Assembly (NCBI GenBank): GCA_029261065.1
Contig: JAJDCB010000012.1
Coordinates: 77,430 to 141,429, forward strand
Reading direction: 5' to 3'
Length of the DNA: 64,000 nucleotides
Origin: Candidatus Omnitrophota bacterium
GTDB lineage: Bacteria > Omnitrophota > Gorgyraeia > Zapsychrales > Zapsychraceae
In this document: one piece after another, positions 39,222 to 49,281 of the stretch
How positions within the stretch are numbered: the stretch's first letter is position 1
Layout of the letters: each line of letters begins with the position of its first letter
Program-made: the position numbers and the translations under genes
Notes under the pieces: model-generated
The model's input: the letters and a program-made list of their open reading frames with translations, nothing else
The model's database searches: none
Told to the model about the DNA's origin: nothing

Positions 39222-39584
39222 ATGACGTCTCCTTCCTACCTTTGGGAAAAACAAAAACACACAGATAAACTGGAAGTTTTTGATTGTCCAGAATTTAATC
39301 CTTATGATGGATTTAAACGGGATCCAAGTGGGTTTTATCTCCTCGTTAAAGTTGATTTTGCGACTTACCGCATTGAAGTTGCTATTTGCAATAAAGATCA
39401 TGTGATTGAAATCATATTTAGCGGCCGAAAATCCCAAGATGTGTATGAATCCATTTTAGCTTATGAGAAGAAAAACAAACGCATCTGGTTTAAAGATAAG
39501 ACACATATTGCGTATTTAGGAAAAGAGTTAAAAAAGGCTGAAATCGCGCTTGCCCTAGGACACAATTCTTATTTTCAAGAATAA
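39222..39584 (+). CDS. Conserved hypothetical protein
   Basis: 120-aa ORF starting 4 nt after moaE. No motif recognised. Confidence 0.4.
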   Translation: MTSPSYLWEKQKHTDKLEVFDCPEFNPYDGFKRDPSGFYLLVKVDFATYRIEVAICNKDHVIEIIFSGRKSQDVYESILAYEKKNKRIWFKDKTHIAYLGKELKKAEIALALGHNSYFQE

Positions 39585-39607
39585 CCTAATTCCAAAGATT
39601 ATTTAAA

Positions 39608-40141
39608 ATGACAAGTATGTTACGAAAATCTGGAGATACAGGATATTCAGATTTATTTTCCTCTCAACGCATCTCAAAGAGCTCCCTTCCTATTGCCGTG
39701 TTAGGCGACCTGGATGAGTTAGGTTCGGCTTTAGGTGTTGCGCGTAGTTATATTAAGAATCAAATGATTCATGATGAGATTATTTTGATTCAAAGATCTT
39801 TATTTGTTGTAGGTGCTGAAATCGCTACAGAAAAAGACGAATATCACCGTTTATCAAAGCGTATTGATGATACCTTTTTAAATGCCTTTGAAAACAAGGT
39901 TGCTAAACGCCATCAAGAGACCACACTTCCCAAAGATTTTATTGTAGCTGGTGATTCAAAAGAATCGGCTCATCTTCATTTAGCTCGTAGCATAGCTCGA
40001 CGCTGTGAGAGATCAATTGTTGCTTTGAATGAAAGTAATCCTCTTGAAAACAAAAATTTATTAGCCTACATTAATCGTCTCTCAGTATATCTATATTTGT
40101 TGGCCCTTTCTTTTGATGATTCACCTTTAGGAAAGGATTAG
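39608..40141 (+). CDS. PduO-type ATP:cob(I)alamin adenosyltransferase (MMAB family)
   Basis: 177 aa. RKSGDTGYSDL, GDLDELGSALG, FIVAGDSKESAHLHLARSIARRCER and YINRLS motifs. Confidence 0.75.
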   Translation: MTSMLRKSGDTGYSDLFSSQRISKSSLPIAVLGDLDELGSALGVARSYIKNQMIHDEIILIQRSLFVVGAEIATEKDEYHRLSKRIDDTFLNAFENKVAKRHQETTLPKDFIVAGDSKESAHLHLARSIARRCERSIVALNESNPLENKNLLAYINRLSVYLYLLALSFDDSPLGKD

Positions 40142-40145
40142 TTCA

Positions 40146-41108
40146 TTGGGAAATCTTATCTCAGATAAAAATCACAAAGCGTCCATCGAACATAATGTGT
40201 GTTTAAGTAAATACACAACCTTTCAATTAGGTGGCCCTTCTCCTACCCTTTATCATTGTCAAACCCCACAGCATTTAGTTGATGTCGTTCAAAAATGTGT
40301 GAAAGAAAATATTGCATTTATTCTTATCGGAGGTGGTTCTAATCTTGTTGTTAGCGATCAGGGATTGGATTGTCATGTGATTCGTTATTTTAGTGAGCAA
40401 CCTATTATTGAACGTGATGGTGATAACTTAAATGTTTCAGCCAGCACACGATTAGATGATTTAGCCCTTTATGCTGCTCAAGAGGGGCTTGGGGGTATCA
40501 ACAATACCTCAGGGATTCCAGGGGCTGTTGGTGGGGCCGTTGTTGGGAATGCGGGAGCCTTCGGGGATCAGATTGGAGATGTTACAGAATCGGTAGAATT
40601 GATTACTCCACAGGGTGATATTTATAAAAAGGATACCTCGCAGTGCGGTTTTTCTTATAGGTATTCAAACCTTAAAGAAACGAATGATATCGTCAGTTCG
40701 GTGCGTTTAAATTTAACGAAAGCGGATAGTAATGATCTTATCAAGGAACGAGAAGGTATTCTTAAACTACGAGCCCAAAAACATCCCAACCTTAAAACGC
40801 ATCCTTGTGCGGGAAGTTTCTTTAGAAATATTGAGCCTACTTCAAGGGCTGGCAAGCGTCAGGCAAGTGGGTGGTTTTTAGATCAAGTGGATGGCAAACA
40901 ATTACGTAGTGGTGGTGCGGTTATTTTTGATAAGCATGCCAACATTATCGTTAAGGGCTCGCATGCGACGGCTGAGGATGTGTATCAATTGTCACAAAAA
41001 ATGTATCATTTGGTTAAAGATAAGTTTGATTTAGATCTGGTGCGTGAGGTGCGTTTTGTGGGGGATTTTGATCAGAAACCGGAGTCGATTCAATCGATTA
41101 TTTGGTAA
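40146..41108 (+). CDS. murB: UDP-N-acetylenolpyruvoylglucosamine reductase
   Basis: 320 aa FAD-binding PCMH domain (LIGGGSNLVV, NAGAFG) with a MurB C-terminal domain. Confidence 0.85.
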   Translation: MGNLISDKNHKASIEHNVCLSKYTTFQLGGPSPTLYHCQTPQHLVDVVQKCVKENIAFILIGGGSNLVVSDQGLDCHVIRYFSEQPIIERDGDNLNVSASTRLDDLALYAAQEGLGGINNTSGIPGAVGGAVVGNAGAFGDQIGDVTESVELITPQGDIYKKDTSQCGFSYRYSNLKETNDIVSSVRLNLTKADSNDLIKEREGILKLRAQKHPNLKTHPCAGSFFRNIEPTSRAGKRQASGWFLDQVDGKQLRSGGAVIFDKHANIIVKGSHATAEDVYQLSQKMYHLVKDKFDLDLVREVRFVGDFDQKPESIQSIIW

Positions 41109-41145
41109 AAAAATGCCCGCCTTTAAATAAGACGGGCATTTTAAA
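41105..41145. terminator. Bidirectional rho-independent terminator between convergent murB and the coiled-coil gene
   Basis: aaaaaaa-atgcccg-loop-cgggcat-ttt hairpin. Confidence 0.65.
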
Positions 41146-41149
41146 AGAA

Positions 41150-41818
41150 TTATTTTTTCATAATAATGTTATCAGCAAGATTCTTCTTTGATTCCATTTG
41201 TTTTGCTTGGTACTCTTCCATTATTTGTTCAAAGGCCTTCTCTTCTTCTTTGTAAAACTCTAATTGTCTGCTAAAGAATTCTTCCTGTTGAGCATAATAT
41301 TCATCTTGAAGACGTTTATCTTCCTCAACTTGTTCTTTAATGATGGTTAACAATTCGTTAATGGCCGCTTCTTTTCTCTTATAAGCCTCGCCTCTTTTCT
41401 TAAACCCCATAGATTCTCTTTGATAAAATTCTTCTCGTTGTTGAAAGAATTCGTTTTGGCGATTCAAGAAATTTTCTTGATGGGCTGTAAAAATAATTTT
41501 TAATTCTTTATCTTTGTTTCTTTGTTCATCTAGTGTTGCTTTTAATCTTTTATGATGATTAATTCTTTTTTGCAATTCATTTTTCATCGATTTGATAGAT
41601 CTTTTAACTCTCTCATTTGCTTTTTCTAATCGATCATAATTTTCTGACAGCTCATTATTCTCTTCTTTTCTATCATTATTATAAATTTCTTGATATCCCT
41701 TATAAGGTTCCATCTGTTTTTTTAAACTGTCATTTTGGGCAGACGCGCTATTTGAAATCATCAGCGTTAGCCAAAAAACCACAATTGTTCTAAGTGTTTG
41801 CAAATAAGCAAGTTTCAT
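41150..41818 (-). CDS. Secreted coiled-coil protein, E/K/Q/R-rich
   Basis: 222 aa. N-terminal signal peptide (LTLMISNSASAQ), then long heptad-rich helical regions. Confidence 0.6.
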   Translation of the reverse strand: MKLAYLQTLRTIVVFWLTLMISNSASAQNDSLKKQMEPYKGYQEIYNNDRKEENNELSENYDRLEKANERVKRSIKSMKNELQKRINHHKRLKATLDEQRNKDKELKIIFTAHQENFLNRQNEFFQQREEFYQRESMGFKKRGEAYKRKEAAINELLTIIKEQVEEDKRLQDEYYAQQEEFFSRQLEFYKEEEKAFEQIMEEYQAKQMESKKNLADNIIMKK

Positions 41819-41936
41819 AAATAACCTCTATCGTTAGTAAGTGTTAGATGAGTTAAATTTGTATTAAGTTTTGAGTATAACCTAGATTTTAGTAAATCTC
41901 AATAGGACAGGCAGGGACAAAAGGGGACTATATGGA

Positions 41937-42968
41937 TTAACCACCTATCTGAAACATTTCAATTTTGGGGGATGTTACGAGGGTTTTTTGGGGGGATTCT
42001 TGGCTTCTTAATTCTGAATAGCGATCATCGCGATGCGTCCAGGTGTTTTGGATGATTTGAAGAAGGTCTTGGTCGGAGGCTTGCGTTCTTAGGGCGTTTT
42101 TGAGATCAGTGCCTTTTGTGGCAAATAGGCATGTAAAGATTTGGCCATCGGTGGAAACGCGTACACGTGTGCATTTTTGGCAAAAGGGTTGGCTAACCGA
42201 TGAGATAAAACCAATCTCTCCCTCTCCATCTAAGAATTGATAACGCTTGGATACTTCTCCAAAATATTGTTCTTCAACCGGTTTAATGGGCCAATGCTTA
42301 CCAATAAGCTCAACGATCTCTTGAGTGCTAAAGACAAACTTGGATTTCCAGTGGTTGCAGTTACCCACATCCATATATTCAATAAACCGCAACACATGGG
42401 GCGTTCCTTTAAAGCGTTTGACTAAATCGAGGATGGAGTTTTCATTTACCCCCTTTTGAATGACAACATTAATTTTTAAAGATGAAAATCCTGCCTGCTC
42501 AGCTGACGCGATGCCCGCTAATACATCTTCTACAGCCGCTCGCTTTCCACTGATGCGTTGAAATAATCTTGAATCCAAAGTGTCTAAGCTAACCGTCAAA
42601 CGATTGAGTCCGGCCGCTTTGAGGGCTTGTGCTTGTGCTCCTAATAATGATCCATTGGTTGTTAGAGCTAGATCTTCAATGCCGTTAATATCTTTTAATT
42701 GGCTGATCAGTTGATCAATATTGGGTCTTAATAAAGGCTCACCTCCTGTAAGACGCACTTTGCTCACACCGCATTGCACGAACAGTTTAACAAGTCGTGT
42801 GATCTCATTAAAATTTAGCCAATTCTTTTTTTCGATGAATCGATAATGTTTGGAATATTCTTCTTCCGGCATGCAATACGTGCAGCGGAAATTGCAACGA
42901 TCAATGACAGAGATGCGAAGATCGCGGATGGGACGTTGGAGCTTGTCGGTGATTTGTTTGGTTTGCAT
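41937..42968 (-). CDS. moaA: GTP 3',8-cyclase (molybdenum cofactor biosynthesis protein A)
   Basis: Radical-SAM CNFRCTYC motif, C-terminal Cys cluster and terminal GG. The ORF-track start at 43103 adds 45 non-conserved residues across a repeat array, so the start is placed at MQTKQ. Confidence 0.85.
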   Translation of the reverse strand: MQTKQITDKLQRPIRDLRISVIDRCNFRCTYCMPEEEYSKHYRFIEKKNWLNFNEITRLVKLFVQCGVSKVRLTGGEPLLRPNIDQLISQLKDINGIEDLALTTNGSLLGAQAQALKAAGLNRLTVSLDTLDSRLFQRISGKRAAVEDVLAGIASAEQAGFSSLKINVVIQKGVNENSILDLVKRFKGTPHVLRFIEYMDVGNCNHWKSKFVFSTQEIVELIGKHWPIKPVEEQYFGEVSKRYQFLDGEGEIGFISSVSQPFCQKCTRVRVSTDGQIFTCLFATKGTDLKNALRTQASDQDLLQIIQNTWTHRDDRYSELRSQESPQKTLVTSPKIEMFQIGG

Positions 42969-42972
42969 ATAA

Positions 42973-43112
42973 GTGGTCAGCTTATTTGATAAATTGAATA
43001 TGCTTATAGGTGGTCTGGTTATTGGGTTGAATTGTTTAAGCTGATTGGTGGTCCAAGTTTTTAAATTTTTGACCACCAAATATGCTTTTTCTTGCAAGAC
43101 CACCGACCACTA
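42973..43112. promoter_or_regulatory. Array of six GGTGGTC / GACCACC heptamers (direct and inverted) upstream of moaA. Candidate operator or structured 5' leader.
   Basis: Copies lie at about 42973, 43019, 43048, 43072, 43099 and 43106. The central pair forms tggtggtc-N17-gaccacca. Confidence 0.35.
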
Positions 43113-43131
43113 TTTCCTTTTCTTGCCAAGA

Positions 43132-43590
43132 TCACTCTGTCGATATTGTCTGTTCTTTATCCAGCGCGCCTTTCATCGTATGCCAAGACAAGCTTGCGCA
43201 TTTGACGCGTGATGGAAAATGCCAAATGCCTGAGAAGATAGCAAGTTTTCCTAAATGATGTTCGCATTTCTCAGGATTTAGCTTGCCAGTAACCAAGTCA
43301 TGAAATTCAGTAAATAAAGCTTTTGCCTCATCCATGGTTTTACCTTTTAAAGCCTGCGTCATCATCGATCCTGACGCCTTTGAAATCGCACAACCTTCTC
43401 CTTCAAACGTAATGTTGTCTATGACATTATCAGCATTGATATGAAGATACACATGAAGTTGATCACCGCACAGTGGATTGTAACCTTCGGCATCATGAGT
43501 GGCGTCATCCATCTTACCAAAATTTCTTGGCTTTTTGTTATGCTCAAGGATGACTTGTTGATAAAGTTCTGTTTTAGAATCGTAGCCCAT
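43132..43590 (-). CDS. sufU: SUF system Fe-S cluster scaffold, SufU/IscU-like
   Basis: 152 aa. NPLCGD, GEGCAISKAS and KCA Cys ligand motifs. Confidence 0.8.
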   Translation of the reverse strand: MGYDSKTELYQQVILEHNKKPRNFGKMDDATHDAEGYNPLCGDQLHVYLHINADNVIDNITFEGEGCAISKASGSMMTQALKGKTMDEAKALFTEFHDLVTGKLNPEKCEHHLGKLAIFSGIWHFPSRVKCASLSWHTMKGALDKEQTISTE

Positions 43591-43594
43591 GGTT

Positions 43595-44815
43595 TTATTG
43601 AAATACCTCCACAGCGTGTAGGATAGCCTTAACTAAGGCGTCAATTTCTTCTGTTGTGTTATACATCGCAAGAGACGCGCGGGACGTTGCTGGAACGCCG
43701 AAATGTTTCATGACTGGTTGCGTGCAGTGATGACCTGTTCGTATGGCAATGCCTTGTTCGTCCACTAATGTCCCCATATCGTGGGCGTGAATTAAAGGGT
43801 GAACAAATGATAATATGGATGTCTTTTGTTTGGCAGTTCCAATTAAACGTAGATCTTTAATGGAAGATAATTGATCGGTCCCATACGCCAAGAGTTTTTG
43901 TTTGTATTGCAAGATGTCTGTGAAATCTAATGTATTTAGATAATCTATCGCCGCTCCAAGTCCAATGACACCGGCGACATTGGGGGTTCCTGCTTCAAAT
44001 TTATAAGGAAGAACATTGTAGGTTGTTTTTTCAAATGTGACCGAAGCAATCATATCGCCACCTCCGCGGTAAGGCGCCATGGTATCGAGTAACGCTTCTT
44101 TTCCATATAAAACCCCAACGCCTGTCGGACCATACAGTTTGTGGGCTGAGAAGGCAAAAAAATCGCAATCCAAATCCTGGACATCGATTTCCGTATGACT
44201 GACGGCTTGGGCACCATCCACAATAACAGATGTCCCTTGAGCGTGAGCCGCTTTAATAATATCTTTAATGGGATTGATCGTCCCTAAAGAATTTGAAATA
44301 TAAACCACACTGACTAATTTTGTTTTTGCGTTAAGTAGCTTATGAAATTCCTCGATGATTAACTCGCCATCATCATTCATAGGAACAACTTTAAGGACAC
44401 ATCCCTTCTCTTGACAAAGCATCTGCCAGGGAACGATGTTCGAGTGATGTTCCATCTCTGTGATAAGAATTTCATCGCCCTCATCTAATAGTGCTCGTCC
44501 ATAACTTTGTGCCATTAAGTTGATCGAGTCCGTCGTACCACTTGTCAGGATAATTTCTTTAGTGCTGTTAGCATTAAGGAAAGCACGCACTTTTTCGCGA
44601 GCCCCTTCATAGGCAGCGGTCGCCACTTCACTTAAATGATGCACCCCTCGGTGGACATTTGATGTCTCATGGCTGTAATGGTTGGTAATTGCATCAATGA
44701 CGGATTGAGGTTTAAAGGTGGTTGCTGCATTATCCAGATAAACCAAGGGCTCACCGTGAACGGTTTGCTGAAGGTTTGGAAAGTCGTTTCTAATGGATGT
44801 GATATCGAAGCCCAT
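43595..44815 (-). CDS. sufS: Cysteine desulfurase
   Basis: 406 aa class V aminotransferase. PLP-Lys in SAHKLYGPTG and catalytic Cys in RTGHHCTQP. Confidence 0.9.
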   Translation of the reverse strand: MGFDITSIRNDFPNLQQTVHGEPLVYLDNAATTFKPQSVIDAITNHYSHETSNVHRGVHHLSEVATAAYEGAREKVRAFLNANSTKEIILTSGTTDSINLMAQSYGRALLDEGDEILITEMEHHSNIVPWQMLCQEKGCVLKVVPMNDDGELIIEEFHKLLNAKTKLVSVVYISNSLGTINPIKDIIKAAHAQGTSVIVDGAQAVSHTEIDVQDLDCDFFAFSAHKLYGPTGVGVLYGKEALLDTMAPYRGGGDMIASVTFEKTTYNVLPYKFEAGTPNVAGVIGLGAAIDYLNTLDFTDILQYKQKLLAYGTDQLSSIKDLRLIGTAKQKTSILSFVHPLIHAHDMGTLVDEQGIAIRTGHHCTQPVMKHFGVPATSRASLAMYNTTEEIDALVKAILHAVEVFQ

Positions 44816-44850
44816 TGACGTTTTAAGGAATCCTTTAAGCGCGGATGATA

Positions 44851-46164
44851 TTAAAGTTTGTTAAGAGATGGATCTAACAATTGGTGAATTTTTTGACTGA
44901 CGTTGTCATCTTCAAAGTGGAATAGAAGATCATTAATGAAACCTTTGGAAAGCATACGGATGGCTTCTTTTCGTGGAATACATCGCGTTTGAAGGTAGAA
45001 TAATTCATCTTCATTTAATTGTCCAATGGTCGCTCCATGGGTGCATTTGACATCGTCGGCGAAAATTTCTAATTGAGGTTTTGTATCCACACGGCAATCC
45101 TTACCTAATAAAATATTTTTGTTTAACTGATAAGAATTCGTTTGTTGTGCGAGATCTTTAACAAAGATTTTTCCATTAAATACAGCGCGTGAGGCGTCAG
45201 ATAAAATGCCTTTGTAAAGTTGATTACTCGTACAATTTGGAAAACGATGATCAACGCAAGTATGATTATCCATGTGTTGTTTATCAAAAGGCATGTATAA
45301 ACCGTTTAACGTTGAGTTAATCCCCTCGCCATTTAAGACAATATCAAGATCATTACGATTAATGGCGCTGCCTATCATGACAGATAAACTATTAAAGTTT
45401 GAGTTTCTTTCCTGCCATACACGTGTATTCCCTAGGTGATAGGCCTTTTTGCTTTCCGCTTGTATCTTACAATAATGAAGAATAGCGTTTTCCTCTAAGA
45501 AGATATCTGTTAAAGCGTTAGCCAGATAAGTTTGGTCATTGTTTAGTCCAATATGACTTTCAAGAACAGTTGCTTCACTAAGTTTCTCACTAGTGATAAT
45601 TGTTCGTGGAGATGTAAATGAAGTCGCTTGTGTGTCACTAATATGTAAAATATGGATAAGTTTTTTCATGACGGCCTTCTTCTCAATTGAAATAAGGATA
45701 CCATCTGTGGATAACGCTTTATTCAGCGCTACAAAGCTTGTTGTTTCTTTTTCATTGTATTTTTCTAAAAGACTTTTTATCTTCTTCTCATCTGATAGGA
45801 TGGCATCTTGTAGTGTTGATATAGAAATGCCACTGGATGAATCATCAATCGTTGAGAATTTTTTAGAGAAAAAACCATTAATAAATACGATATTAATATC
45901 TTTTTCATTTATATAATTTTTAAGAGAATCTAGAGTCGTGTCTTCGTTGTTTTGGGCTCCTTGAAACGATGTTTTCGCAATCGATGAGATATTGGTATAT
46001 TTCCATTCTTCATCTTTGACGTTAGGTATGCCTAATTCTTGAAAACGATTTAACGCATTACTTCGGTATTCTTCAAGCCACTTTGGAGCATCTTTGGAAT
46101 TTTCTTTAACAGCTTTGTCTAAATTATTTATCATCTCATTATTACCTTGAGTTTGAGTTATCAT
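44851..46164 (-). CDS. sufD: Fe-S cluster assembly protein SufD
   Basis: 437 aa. Position between sufC and sufS, and beta-helix family similarity to SufB (C-terminal HGATIGQL region). Confidence 0.8.
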   Translation of the reverse strand: MITQTQGNNEMINNLDKAVKENSKDAPKWLEEYRSNALNRFQELGIPNVKDEEWKYTNISSIAKTSFQGAQNNEDTTLDSLKNYINEKDINIVFINGFFSKKFSTIDDSSSGISISTLQDAILSDEKKIKSLLEKYNEKETTSFVALNKALSTDGILISIEKKAVMKKLIHILHISDTQATSFTSPRTIITSEKLSEATVLESHIGLNNDQTYLANALTDIFLEENAILHYCKIQAESKKAYHLGNTRVWQERNSNFNSLSVMIGSAINRNDLDIVLNGEGINSTLNGLYMPFDKQHMDNHTCVDHRFPNCTSNQLYKGILSDASRAVFNGKIFVKDLAQQTNSYQLNKNILLGKDCRVDTKPQLEIFADDVKCTHGATIGQLNEDELFYLQTRCIPRKEAIRMLSKGFINDLLFHFEDDNVSQKIHQLLDPSLNKL

Positions 46165-46181
46165 CTTATTTGTCTTTCCAA

Positions 46182-46940
46182 TTATTTGATTAACCAGTCA
46201 TATCCCTTTTCTTCTACAGCAAGGGCTAGTTCTTTTCCTTCGGATTTAACAATTTTTCCATCAATAAGGATGTGAACGAAGTCTGGTACGATGTAGTTTA
46301 AGAGTCGTTGATAATGGGTAATAACTAATTGCGCATTACCTTTGGCTTTAAGTTTATTGACACCATCTGAAACGATACGCATGGAATCAATATCAAGGCC
46401 TGAGTCTGTTTCATCAAGAACGGCAAATCGTGGGTTTAGAACAGCCATTTGCAAAATTTCATTTCTCTTCTTTTCACCACCAGAGAAATCTTCATTAACG
46501 GGACGCGTGATAAACTTTTCATCCATTTCAAGAAGCTTCATCTTGCTACGAATGTATTCATCAAAATCAAGAGTGTCCATTTCCTCCGCTCCTTGATGCT
46601 TACAAATTTCGTTAAAAGCGGCGCGTAAAAAGACAGATGTATTAACGCCTGGAATTTCGACTGGGTATTGGAAGGCTAGAAAGATACCTTCTCTTGCTCG
46701 CTCTTCAGGTTCCAGATCAAGGATGTTTGTCTTCTTAAAGTTTGATTCGTAAAGGATCTCCCCTTCAGTCACTTCGTATTCTGGGTGACCAGCAATGATC
46801 TTAGATAAGGTGCTCTTACCAGAACCATTTGGTCCCATAATGGCATGAACTTCTCCAGGATTAATGGTTAAGTTAATGCCTTTTAAAATTTCTGTATCCC
46901 CTCCAGCCACTTTGGCATGAATGTTTTTGATTTCAATCAT
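46182..46940 (-). CDS. sufC: Fe-S cluster assembly ATPase SufC
   Basis: 252 aa ABC ATPase (GPNGSGKST, FSGGEKKR, LDETDSGLD). Confidence 0.9.
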   Translation of the reverse strand: MIEIKNIHAKVAGGDTEILKGINLTINPGEVHAIMGPNGSGKSTLSKIIAGHPEYEVTEGEILYESNFKKTNILDLEPEERAREGIFLAFQYPVEIPGVNTSVFLRAAFNEICKHQGAEEMDTLDFDEYIRSKMKLLEMDEKFITRPVNEDFSGGEKKRNEILQMAVLNPRFAVLDETDSGLDIDSMRIVSDGVNKLKAKGNAQLVITHYQRLLNYIVPDFVHILIDGKIVKSEGKELALAVEEKGYDWLIK

Positions 46941-46964
46941 CTTTGTACTCCTTAAATACTTTTT

Positions 46965-48440
46965 TTATCCTACACTACCTTCTAGTTTCATCTCTAATAG
47001 TTTGACAGCCTCTACCGAGAATTCCATCGGAAGCTCTTTAAAGACTTCTTTGCAAAATCCGTTGATAATCAACGAAATAGCACCTTCCATATCCAAGCCT
47101 CTGGACATGATATAAAACATTTGATCGGCATTAATTTTTGAGGTTGATGCTTCATGTTCCATGGTAGCGCTACTGTTATTCACCTCAATATATGGAAAGG
47201 TGTTTGCACTACATTTATTACCGACAAGCATTGAATCACATTGGGAATAATTACGTGCATTTTCAGCAGACGGCATAATTTTAACTAAGCCTCGATAAGT
47301 ATTATTGGATTCATCCGCTGAGATTCCTTTTGAGATAATGGTGCTCGATGTGTTTTTTCCAATGTGAATCATCTTGGTTCCAGTATCTGCTTCCATCCGA
47401 TTATTGGTTAAGGCAACTGAATAAAATTCACCCGTCGAACCATCACCTTGTAAGATAACAGATGGATATTTCCATGTGATAGCTGAACCTGCCTCAACTT
47501 GAGTCCAAGATATTTTTGAGTTTTTCCCAGCACATTTGCCACGTTTTGTAACAAAATTATAAATACCACCAACGCCTTGTTCATTACCAGCATACCAATT
47601 TTGAACGGTGGAATACTTTACTTCTGCATTATCTAGAGTGACTATTTCAACAACAGCCGCATGCAACTGATTTTCATCGCGCGTAGGTGCGGTGCACCCT
47701 TCTAGATAACTAACAAAACTGGATTCTTCAGCCACAATAAGCGTGCGTTCAAATTGACCAGAGCCTGAGGCGTTGATACGAAAATAGGTTGATAGTTCTA
47801 AGGGGCTTCGCACACCTTTAGGGATGTAGCAGAAAGAGCCATCACTAAAGACCGCTGAGTTAAGAGCAGCAAAATAATTATCAGAATAAGGAACAACGGA
47901 ACCCATATATTTTTTAACAAGTTCAGGATGATTTTGGATCGCTTCTGTCATGGAACAAAAGATAATACCAACTTTTTCTAACTCGGATTGGTGCGTTGTT
48001 CCAACAGAAACACTATCAAAGACAGCATCAACAGCCACTCCTGTTAAACGTTTTTGTTCGGATAAAGGAATTCCTAAACGATCAAAGGTTTTGATTAATT
48101 CTGGATCAACCTCATCCATGCTTTTGGGACCTTCCTCAAAGTTTTTCGGAGCACTGTAATAACTAAGGGCTTGATAATCTATAGGACCATATTTAAAGTT
48201 AGGCCATTTTGGTTCTTTAAGCGTTGTCCAATGACGATAAGCTTTTAAACGCCATTCCAACATCCAAGAAGGCTCTTTCTTTTTCTCAGAAATCATTTTT
48301 ATGATATCTTCATTTAATCCAGCTGGGATGCTGTCTGTTTCGATATCCGTGTAGAAACCATATTTATACTCGCGGCTAGAGAGTTTATTAGCGGCTATGG
48401 TATCTTCGTTTGATAAATTTTCTTCTGTAATTTTAGACAT
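46965..48440 (-). CDS. sufB: Fe-S cluster assembly protein SufB
   Basis: 491 aa. Characteristic SufB C-terminal region ([16 protein letters not shown] ... MEHEAS). Confidence 0.9.
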   Translation of the reverse strand: MSKITEENLSNEDTIAANKLSSREYKYGFYTDIETDSIPAGLNEDIIKMISEKKKEPSWMLEWRLKAYRHWTTLKEPKWPNFKYGPIDYQALSYYSAPKNFEEGPKSMDEVDPELIKTFDRLGIPLSEQKRLTGVAVDAVFDSVSVGTTHQSELEKVGIIFCSMTEAIQNHPELVKKYMGSVVPYSDNYFAALNSAVFSDGSFCYIPKGVRSPLELSTYFRINASGSGQFERTLIVAEESSFVSYLEGCTAPTRDENQLHAAVVEIVTLDNAEVKYSTVQNWYAGNEQGVGGIYNFVTKRGKCAGKNSKISWTQVEAGSAITWKYPSVILQGDGSTGEFYSVALTNNRMEADTGTKMIHIGKNTSSTIISKGISADESNNTYRGLVKIMPSAENARNYSQCDSMLVGNKCSANTFPYIEVNNSSATMEHEASTSKINADQMFYIMSRGLDMEGAISLIINGFCKEVFKELPMEFSVEAVKLLEMKLEGSVG

Positions 48441-48451
48441 GAGGATGACCT

Positions 48452-48928
48452 TTATTTTTTGGACGTTGATAATTTGTTATCAGCGATTTTTTTATCTTTT
48501 ATTTCCTTTTCTCCAGCATGTTTAGACGCGATAAGCGAAGCAACTTTGATCGTGGAGAATAAATTTTTTATCTCTTCATTCAAATTTAACATAGGAGCAA
48601 TGATGTGACAGGAGTGCGTGATTTCACAATGAGAATAATCTCCATGAAAACAGGTCGCAATCTCAATGGGCCCGATAATCATGTCAGATAATTCTTTCAT
48701 GGTGACTTTTGTCAGATCTTTAACAATTTGATAGCCACCCTTGGCCCCTTGTTCGGCTTGGAGTATTTCAAACTGAGACATAATTTGTAATACTCTAGAT
48801 GTTGGATCAAACGGTGTTGAATAGATATCACAAATTTCTTTAGCTGTCGTTAATTGACCAGGGTGTTTTAGACTCATGTGTTTGAGAGCAATCAGGGCGT
48901 ATTCAATTTTTCGATTAATTTTAAACAT
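48452..48928 (-). CDS. Rrf2 family transcriptional regulator (IscR/SufR-like)
   Basis: 158 aa. N-terminal wHTH ([13 protein letters not shown]). Three Cys (C-x7-C-x5-C region) for a possible cluster. Confidence 0.75.
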   Translation of the reverse strand: MFKINRKIEYALIALKHMSLKHPGQLTTAKEICDIYSTPFDPTSRVLQIMSQFEILQAEQGAKGGYQIVKDLTKVTMKELSDMIIGPIEIATCFHGDYSHCEITHSCHIIAPMLNLNEEIKNLFSTIKVASLIASKHAGEKEIKDKKIADNKLSTSKK

Positions 48929-48934
48929 AATGCG

Positions 48935-49276
48935 TTATTCCTTATCTAGAATGCGATCAATTTTTGCGGCTAAAATAAAATCGTTCTCGGATAATCCTCC
49001 AATGGCGTGCGTGCTAAGATCGATGGCTAAATTTTTATAAGATGTTAAATGAACATCCGGATGATGATTTTCTTGCTCGGCAATGGCAGCAATGGTATTG
49101 ATTAATTCAACAGCAGCCAAGAAATTTTTGGCTACATAGTTACGTGTAATAATTTTAGAATCCCCACTGATGTTCCATTGCGGTGTTTGCTTTAAATAAT
49201 GAGTGGCTGCCTCTTGATTAAAGGCATTTGTTTTGCCTTCACAGGGTTGACATTTTTTTTCTGTAAGTTCAGACAT
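48935..49276 (-). CDS. Pterin-4-alpha-carbinolamine dehydratase (PCD/DCoH family)
   Basis: 113 aa. EQENHHPDVHLTSYKNLAIDLSTH motif. Confidence 0.75.
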   Translation of the reverse strand: MSELTEKKCQPCEGKTNAFNQEAATHYLKQTPQWNISGDSKIITRNYVAKNFLAAVELINTIAAIAEQENHHPDVHLTSYKNLAIDLSTHAIGGLSENDFILAAKIDRILDKE

Positions 49277-49281
49277 AATTA

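Noticed and set aside
42969-43103. N-terminal 45-residue extension of moaA in the ORF track
   Set aside because: The extension translates the GGTGGTC repeat array and is non-conserved. MoaA homologs begin near the MQTKQ...RISVIDRCNFRC region.
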